Positions 56,731 to 64,000 of a DNA stretch of 64,000 nt are shown here, piece by piece; the stretch's first letter is position 1, and every line of letters begins with the position of its first letter. The notes under the pieces are model-generated. The model searched no databases. It was not told where the DNA came from and saw only the letters and a list, made by a program, of their open reading frames with translations. A program made the position numbers and the translations under genes. Origin of the DNA: Chrysomallon squamiferum. Its lineage: Eukaryota; Animalia; Mollusca. The stretch covers positions 38,006,001-38,070,000 of the forward strand of contig CM022670.1 of the NCBI GenBank assembly GCA_012295275.1. Reading direction: 5' to 3'.

Positions 56731-57236
56731 GTAATAACAGTAATAGTAATAATGAATAATGAATATTAATATGAATAATGCAAATTAATCTTATGAATAA
56801 TAATAATGATACAAATTAATATTATGAATAATAAAAATAATAAAACAAATGAAGACAACAAAAATGATTAAGATGATGGTGAGTAAATAAATTAAAATAT
56901 TTAGAAAAACGTGTTTGTATGAGAAAATAATTTTGCTTTAAATCCGTTTTCGTAGAATTACCAAAATTTACGTCAAAATCCAATCAGACGCAGTTTAATT
57001 ACATTAGTGATGTTTTCATCTCCTTCGTTGTTTACTCATTTCTGAAAAGAATTACCCTAAAACTCTAAAATATTCCACTGTTATTTACATGTACTAAACC
57101 TGGAACTGATAATTCAATTCTCCTCTTCGTACTTAATCAAGATGCGATGAAAATAAATACAGAAGAACGCGTAAATGCTCGCAATGTGTAAATTTCCCAC
57201 ATAATAGTTACTTATAACTAATTATCTTTCCCATTA

Positions 57237-57615
57237 AATCGAAATCCAGTAAAGAATAAGCATAAAAGAATGTTGAGGAGAGTGTGTCAGCAATTGTATT
57301 GTTGTTTAATTTCAATATGTATTAACAGCTAATTTCGTTACATGATTTGTAATTGTATTAATCGAAATTTAGTAAAGAATAAGGCATAAAGGAATGTTTA
57401 GGAGAGTGTGTCAGCAATTGTATCGTTGTTTAATTTGAATATGTATTAATAGCTAATTTAGTTACAAACATTAATAATTGACTGTTAGTATATTAGTAAT
57501 TGTATTAATCGAAATTTAGTAAAGTATAAGCATAGATGAATGGTTAGGAGAGTATCTCAGCAACTGTATTGTTGTTTAATTTGAATATGTATTAACAGCT
57601 AACTTCGTTACATGT
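57237..57615. repeat. Three diverged ~125-145-bp tandem copies upstream of exon 2
   Basis: aatcgaaat..agtaaag.ataag...ggagagt.t.tcagcaa.tgtat.gttgtttaattt.aatatgtattaa.agctaa at about 57237, 57361 and 57507. Confidence 0.9.
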
Positions 57616-57731
57616 TGATTGCGCCAGTGCATTAGTAACTGATCGTGTTAGTGTATTAGTAACTGATCGTGTTAGTGTGTTAGTAATTGTGTTACTGTAT
57701 TAATAACTGATTTCTGTTGTTGTGTAATCAG

Positions 57732-57828
57732 GGTCAGATGAACGGAACAGTGCCAAGATGCGCCAGAAAGAGGCGTACAGACGAGACTTGGAGTTACAGA
57801 TGAGAGAAAAAAGTGCTGCCAGAAAACG
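57732..57828 (+). CDS. CSPP1: CSPP1-like protein, coding exon 2 (coiled-coil repeat)
   Basis: aatcag|GG...CG|GTAAAA. Translates GSDERNSAKMRQKEAYRRDLELQMREKSAARK(R), matching the CSPP1 KxxYxxELxxQMxE repeat. Phase 1 to 2. Confidence 0.85.
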
Positions 57829-57929
57829 GTAAAAAACAACAACCCAAAACCACAGTTATCGTTATTTAGTGACAGTGTTGTCAGACTGGTAGACTGGATA
57901 TTTGCTACAAAGGTAGTGTGGTTCAGCAG

Positions 57930-58140
57930 TAGGTTGGTTGATTGGTATTTGGTACAGAGATAAAGACGTTCGTTGACTGATTATTTAGTACAGAGATAAA
58001 GACGTTCGTTGACTGATAATTTAGTACAGTGGTAGTGCGGTACATTGGTGAGATGGTTGATTAGTTATCTAGTACAGTGATAGTGCGGTACATTGGTGAG
58101 ATGGTTGATTAGTTATCTAGTACAGTGATAAGGTGGTTGA
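57930..58140. repeat. 35/50-bp nested tandem repeats downstream of exon 2
   Basis: gtacagagataaagacgttcgttgactga occurs twice; gtacagtg.tagtgcggtacattggtgagatggttgattagttatcta occurs twice. Confidence 0.85.
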
Positions 58141-58531
58141 AAGATATGATGATGGACTGGTTGTTCAATGCAGGGGTAGTATGGTTCGTTGGTAAGATGA
58201 TAGACAGTAGGACGAGTTTCGATGTTTTGGCTAGTTTCTTCGTTCTTTGCATGCATGTTGAGAAAGAATATCTGGCTAATTTATTTAAAATAATAATAAT
58301 AAAAAATAAAAATAAAAAATAAAACATTTCGAAGACGTCTGAACTAGAGGCAAGGGAGCAAGTGCTTTTGAGGAAGCTTTTCTGATATTTTAGCCCATAT
58401 CAGTAAAATACATTTACAATTTATGCTTTACGTACACAAATTCTCAGTGAGAAAACAGATAGCATTTGTCGTTTCATGAATACACGTCATCTTTATTTTT
58501 ATATACATTTTTTTTTTTTTCAAATCTCCAG

Positions 58532-58696
58532 GGAGCGTCTACAGGACATGAGCGTGAACGCCTCGGGCTGGCTGGACCCAGAGAAAGGTCCGGAGAGGTT
58601 AAAACCCCTGGGTGGGACTGACTGGACAGTACGCAGAACCGGCAGAGACTCCAAGGTTCGCCCTTACCACACCCTGTTCCTGTACGAAGAACAGAA
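58532..58696 (+). CDS. CSPP1: CSPP1-like protein, coding exon 3
   Basis: polyT-caaatctccag|G...AA|GTAAGT. Translates ERLQDMSVNASGWLDPEKGPERLKPLGGTDWTVRRTGRDSKVRPYHTLFLYEEQ. VNASGWLDPEKGPERLK matches the recalled vertebrate CSPP1 motif VAASGAQDPEKSPDRLK. Phase 2 to 2. Confidence 0.88.
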
Positions 58697-58865
58697 GTAA
58701 GTGTAGTAAGACAGATCGCAGAGAGTTTTAGTTTAGTTTGAAATAACCAGAAACATACTGAAATCTGGTTCTGGTGAAATTTAAGTATAAGTCAATACTG
58801 GATATATGCATGTAGTGAGAAAATACATTGATTATTTTTTTCGCGCTTACACACATTCATACATA

Positions 58866-58902
<37 letters not shown>

Positions 58903-58931
58903 AACATATATATATACATACGTATATATAC

Positions 58932-58987
<56 letters not shown>

Positions 58988-60226
58988 ATGTGTATATATA
59001 TATATATATGTACATATACACATACACGCTTGCATGCATACATAAACTACATATGTATACATACATGCATACATATATTCATTCCTACCTACCTATCTAC
59101 ATACATACATACATACATACATACATACATACATACATACATAAACATGCATATACACACAGACACATTTACAAGCACATACATAAACATTAAAAACAAT
59201 ACACATCGTAATAACTACAGTTTTAGATTTATATTGTTATAACTTGGCTGGCTATGTTGTTATTTGAAATTAGAAATTAGTGCTCGACGTTTTATTCCGT
59301 CCTTGTTTCAGTTTTTATTGTCTTTTAATTTTGGTATGTTTTTTTCTGAATTATTAACGTTGAAACTTCTTGTCCATGCTCTGGAGTCACATTACTGGAG
59401 ATTTAACCAACAGAGTATTTCATTTGTAATTTATAATACGACACGAAGTGAAAGCATAATTCGATTGTCTGGAATAATGAATTTAAAAGATTTTTCGCAG
59501 CTCATTTCCTAAAGGTGATTAAATTAACGATAAAAACGTAACTATTCATTTCCGTCTGTTGAATGTTTTCCTTTCAGCGAATAAAGTTTATTTTATTTTT
59601 ATTTTTATTTTAATGTTTATTTGTTTTTGTTTTTATTTTTATTTTTATTTATTTTATTTTTATTTTTTTTTTTTTAATGTTCATTTGTTTTTATTTTTAT
59701 TCATTTTTATTTTATTTTATTTTTATTTTTTAATTTTTATTTTTATTTTATTTTATTTTATTTTTTTTTAATGTTCATTTTTATTTTTATTTTTGGTTAT
59801 TCTATTCTATTCCATTCTATTCTATTCTTATTCTATTTATTTTATTTTATTTTATTTTTATTTTTTGTTTTATTTATTTATCTTTTTCTTCTTTTTTTTT
59901 AAACTATCTTGTCCATTTGTTATATAATATCTACAAGAACACAAAAAAAAAATAATTAATTCAGTCCATTTTTTATTATCAAATAAATTCAGACAAATCT
60001 AAAACAAAAACATTCAAATGAAAGGTAAAAAAGTCAAGTTCTCTGTACCGTTAAATTTGAAAAAAAACAAATAAAAAAAACAAAAAAAAAACCAATTCAT
60101 GAACGAGATTTCTACATAAATGAACCGACTGCCGAATTCACCGTTTTACTAAATCTAGTTTTTAATCGTAATTTAAACACAGCGTTAAACTTTATGGTTA
60201 TGAAATGTTTTTCTTACCTCTGATAG

Positions 60227-60307
60227 ACGTTACGAAAAGGTACGTCCCCCAAGACCCTTAACACCCTTCGTCATGGAAGAACGACCACGACCACGTCCAC
60301 CACGTTG
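60227..60307 (+). CDS. CSPP1: CSPP1-like protein, coding exon 4 (81 nt, Pro/Arg-rich); gene continues right of the window
   Basis: ttttcttacctctgatag|A...TG|GTATGC. Open in the expected phase-2 frame: (K)RYEKVRPPRPLTPFVMEERPRPRPPR. GC-rich island within AT-rich intron sequence. Confidence 0.7.
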
Positions 60308-60540
60308 GTATGCACGTGCATGTCTAGGTTATAATACGTGTAGTTAAATCTGACATTTTCTTTGCATAGATGGTTTGCAAACAGACAGCTTTGTGCTTTA
60401 ATTCTGTAAACCAAATGAAATAATGTAAGAATTTTGGGTTTACGATTTGTATCTTAAACAAGCCCAGATGAATAACGTTTTATTAAAGCATAGATTTTAA
60501 TAGTTAATTTTCATTGATTTAACCCATTTAGGAAGAGCAT

Positions 60541-61098
60541 AATTGTTATCATGTTAAGCATTAAGCGAGTCAAATTATTATCATGTTAAGCATTAAGTGA
60601 GTCAAATTATTATCATGTTAAGCATTAAGGTAGTCAAATTATTATCATGTTAAAGCATTAAGTGAATCAAATTGTTATGTCAAGCAGTGAGTCAAATTAT
60701 TATCATGATAAGCATTAAGTGAGTCAAATTATCGTCATGGTATGTCAAATTATTATCATGTCAAATTCAAATTATTATCATGTTAAGAATTAAATGAAAA
60801 TTATTATCATCAGATTAAATTATCAAATTTTTATCATGATAAGCATTATGTGAGTCAAATTATCATCATGTTAAGCAGTAAATGAAACAAATTATTATCA
60901 AATTAAGTAGTATTATTATCAAGTTAAGCATTAAGTGTGAGTCAAATTTTATTATCATTTTGAGTCGAATTGTTATTAAATGAAGTCAAAATTATTCATG
61001 GTAAGTAGTATGTGAGTCAAATTATTATCATGTTAAGCATTAAATGGGTCAAATTTTAAGCTGCCAAATTATTATCATGTTAAGTATTAAGTGAGTCA
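60541..61098. repeat. 32-bp minisatellite, ~17 degenerate copies
   Basis: (aattattatcatgttaagcattaagtgagtca)n with period 32 (60541, 60573, 60605...). Confidence 0.92.
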
Positions 61099-61644
61099 TA
61101 GAAGAACAACTATTGAATTAACTGATAAACAAAATTTTCACAAATCAGTTTACCAGTAATTTATATCTTTTAAACATAAATTTTCATTTATAGAAAACAA
61201 AAATTATCAAAATCATTAATTAAGACCCTCTTTAGTTAAATTTTAACATAATTTAATTTTTAAAAATAATAAATCATATTTGTAAATGTTCTGTTTCGTG
61301 ATGTTTTTGTTTTTTTCAATCTTTCAAAACCAATTAAAAAATTAAAAAAAAAAAAAACGATTAAGTTTTTAAAATACACGTTCTTCTTAAAGAAAAAATA
61401 CCATAAGATCTCTTTCTCAATGTTTATGCAATGAGCCTGTGCAATTTAATATAATTGAATTATAGTCTTAAATATATTCAGCCAAATTATAATCTCAAAC
61501 ATTTCCACACAGGCTGCAGTTTCAAATATATGCAGGCATTCTTTTTCTTAATTATATCCGCAATTATAATACAATATATTCTGCAGCTGAAATTCTTAAA
61601 TACATGTAAGTTATTTTATATATGTATTTATGTATGTATGTAGT

Positions 61645-61706
<62 letters not shown>

Positions 61707-62703
61707 ATACGTAAACACATAAATAAACAAATATGCATATATATAAAAATAAGCATTCATATTTAATGGATTCATCGACATTTTAGCCTCGTATATATTT
61801 AGTAACTTCTGACACTTTACAGACATAAATATTTAAATACCTTACTAAATATGGAATCAGATGTCTTTGCAAACCATCTAAAAAGAATTTGTTTGTTTTT
61901 TCACGTTTTATGTTTTAATCATTGCGCATAACAAACTGCCACAGACAGATCTAATTGTGTAGACGTTTTTTTCCCAGTACAGAAACGCTCTGGCTTATCA
62001 TCTTAGATGGTTCAATTTAAAAAACTGATAATTACATGACGTTTGTTCTGAAACTTAGAGCGTTTGACAAACATGACGCTATAATAAGAGTGTCGTCAGA
62101 TATAGTTTTGTATGTTGAAATAAATGTTACAGTTTATTGTTATTGTTATTGTTATTATTATTATTATTTACTTCTTGTTTTTATTAAAAATTTTATATAT
62201 ATATATATATATTGTATTGTTGCTTTTTTGGGGAGGTTTCTTTTATTGTTTCGTTGGGCTTGTTTTTTAATGGCGTTAATTTCAATTTTCATATTTTTCA
62301 TCTTTTCTATTTTTATTTTAATATTTTATATTTTATTTAAGGTTATTTTCGTCTTCGTATTCATTTTAAAACAAAAAAATTACTAAAATCAAACGATTTA
62401 ACAAATATAATATAATGTAATATAATATAACATAATATAATGTAATGTAATATAATATAACATAATATAGCAATTTAATACTTTGTCTGGCGGCTCTCTT
62501 CGCTTCTAGACATGTTATAATTCGCTTTCATCAAAATTATCGACCAAAACAGTATAGAAATAATTTAAAAGATAGCATTAACATTTTTAAAATAACAAGT
62601 AGACAAAAACTGTCTTGCAGACCAGAACTAAGAACTAAATAATATGAATTAAGAAGTAAATTACTTTAATAACATAAACATGTAAAAATATACAGATGCT
62701 ACA

Positions 62704-62739
<36 letters not shown>

Positions 62740-63202
62740 ATTGCACATCATAGTGCCAATAAATAACATAAATAACTTTTTTCATATTTAACGGTGATGG
62801 TTTTATTTGTTACTACGAACCAATCTTTGCAAATCATAAAGTCTACTAAACTCGTTAGTTTGCCATTTTTCTCTTCATCGTCATCTACTTGTGACGTCAT
62901 ACATGATAAAGAATGACGCAGTCAACAACAATTATCTGATATACGAATAGATATTGGCACTTCGCTAATATATGATATGCATCTTATATCTTAAATGCTT
63001 GGGCAGCAAGAATTTCAGAGTTCTCAGCTTTTCAAATTAAGGAGAAAACCTGAATCTAAGCACAAAATTTATATTTCATAGAAAACTTATATAGATAACC
63101 TTCTGCTACTTTTATATAAACACACACACAATCACAGACACAATCACACACACACACACACTCATTCACACACACACACTCACTCACAATCACACACACA
63201 CA

Positions 63203-63252
<50 letters not shown>

Positions 63253-64000
63253 GTGGCATCATCAATTCACGAGAAACAATAGAAAAAGAACCATCTGCAT
63301 TTATACGTATTCTTGCTAAATTTCCATCCAACTTTATTATCAACAAAGGTTCGTTCATGTAAACAAATTTAACAATCACTTGAAAATATGAAAAAGAAGC
63401 TTAGACTGTTTTGTTACGCCATATAGTTAAATTTAATAATGTAGTAAATAAATTAAAATTAACATTAATTAACAGAAAGCAGAAAAGTAAACATTTATGT
63501 TAATTAGCAGCATAGAAATAATTATCATTAAAAGTAGGATGCATTTTAGAAATGCTTATATAGATTGTCGTACCAAAATCATTTTATAATATGTTATTAA
63601 ATACAATCATTTGCACGTGTAAACTTTTTATTTATATATCAAGAAATAATTTTATGTTGACAGTACAAAAATAATATACTTTGAAGGATATGATATTCAA
63701 GTATAATATATGTTTAAATAATTTAATAAGAAAGAAATAAGTCTTAATATTTATATATTTCATTTTCAATCTTTATATCTCTGTATGTATGTATTGTCTG
63801 TTATAGTAGCTGTAATAAATTATAAATGATATCAACAAAAATTATTTTATTAAAAATTTTGTTTAACTTAGTGTAAACGTCAGAGCGTTAAAATGTTTAA
63901 AATGTTTTAAGAAATTCTAAATTCTGACGATTCCATTGTTTGGAAAATTGATAATTTATGTTTAGCCCAATTCTTCAGTGTTGTTTTGTACTTCCGGTAG

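Overview
AT-rich, microsatellite-dense animal DNA. It is probably molluscan (gastropod-like), inferred from gene content and repeat style. Most ORF-track entries are simple-repeat artefacts. Two spliced genes point away from each other. (1) On the minus strand are the first two coding exons (6867-6693, 1602-1442) of a class A neuropeptide GPCR most like trissin receptors. It probably has a long multi-exon 5'UTR reaching a CpG-rich promoter near 31.9 kb. (2) On the plus strand are four phase-consistent coding exons (54989-55046, 57732-57828, 58532-58696, 60227-60307) of a CSPP1-like centrosome/cilium protein with a very short N-terminus, with RFX X-box-like motifs upstream. Between the genes are three non-autonomous TIR DNA transposons (TA, TTA and AAT-like target sites), degenerate SINEs and many minisatellites. 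The most unusual pattern is tandem arrays that carry copies of 5' splice sites next to exons, at 23.0-23.4, 55.0-55.5 and 60.5-61.1 kb. All homology calls come from recalled motifs; no searches were run.
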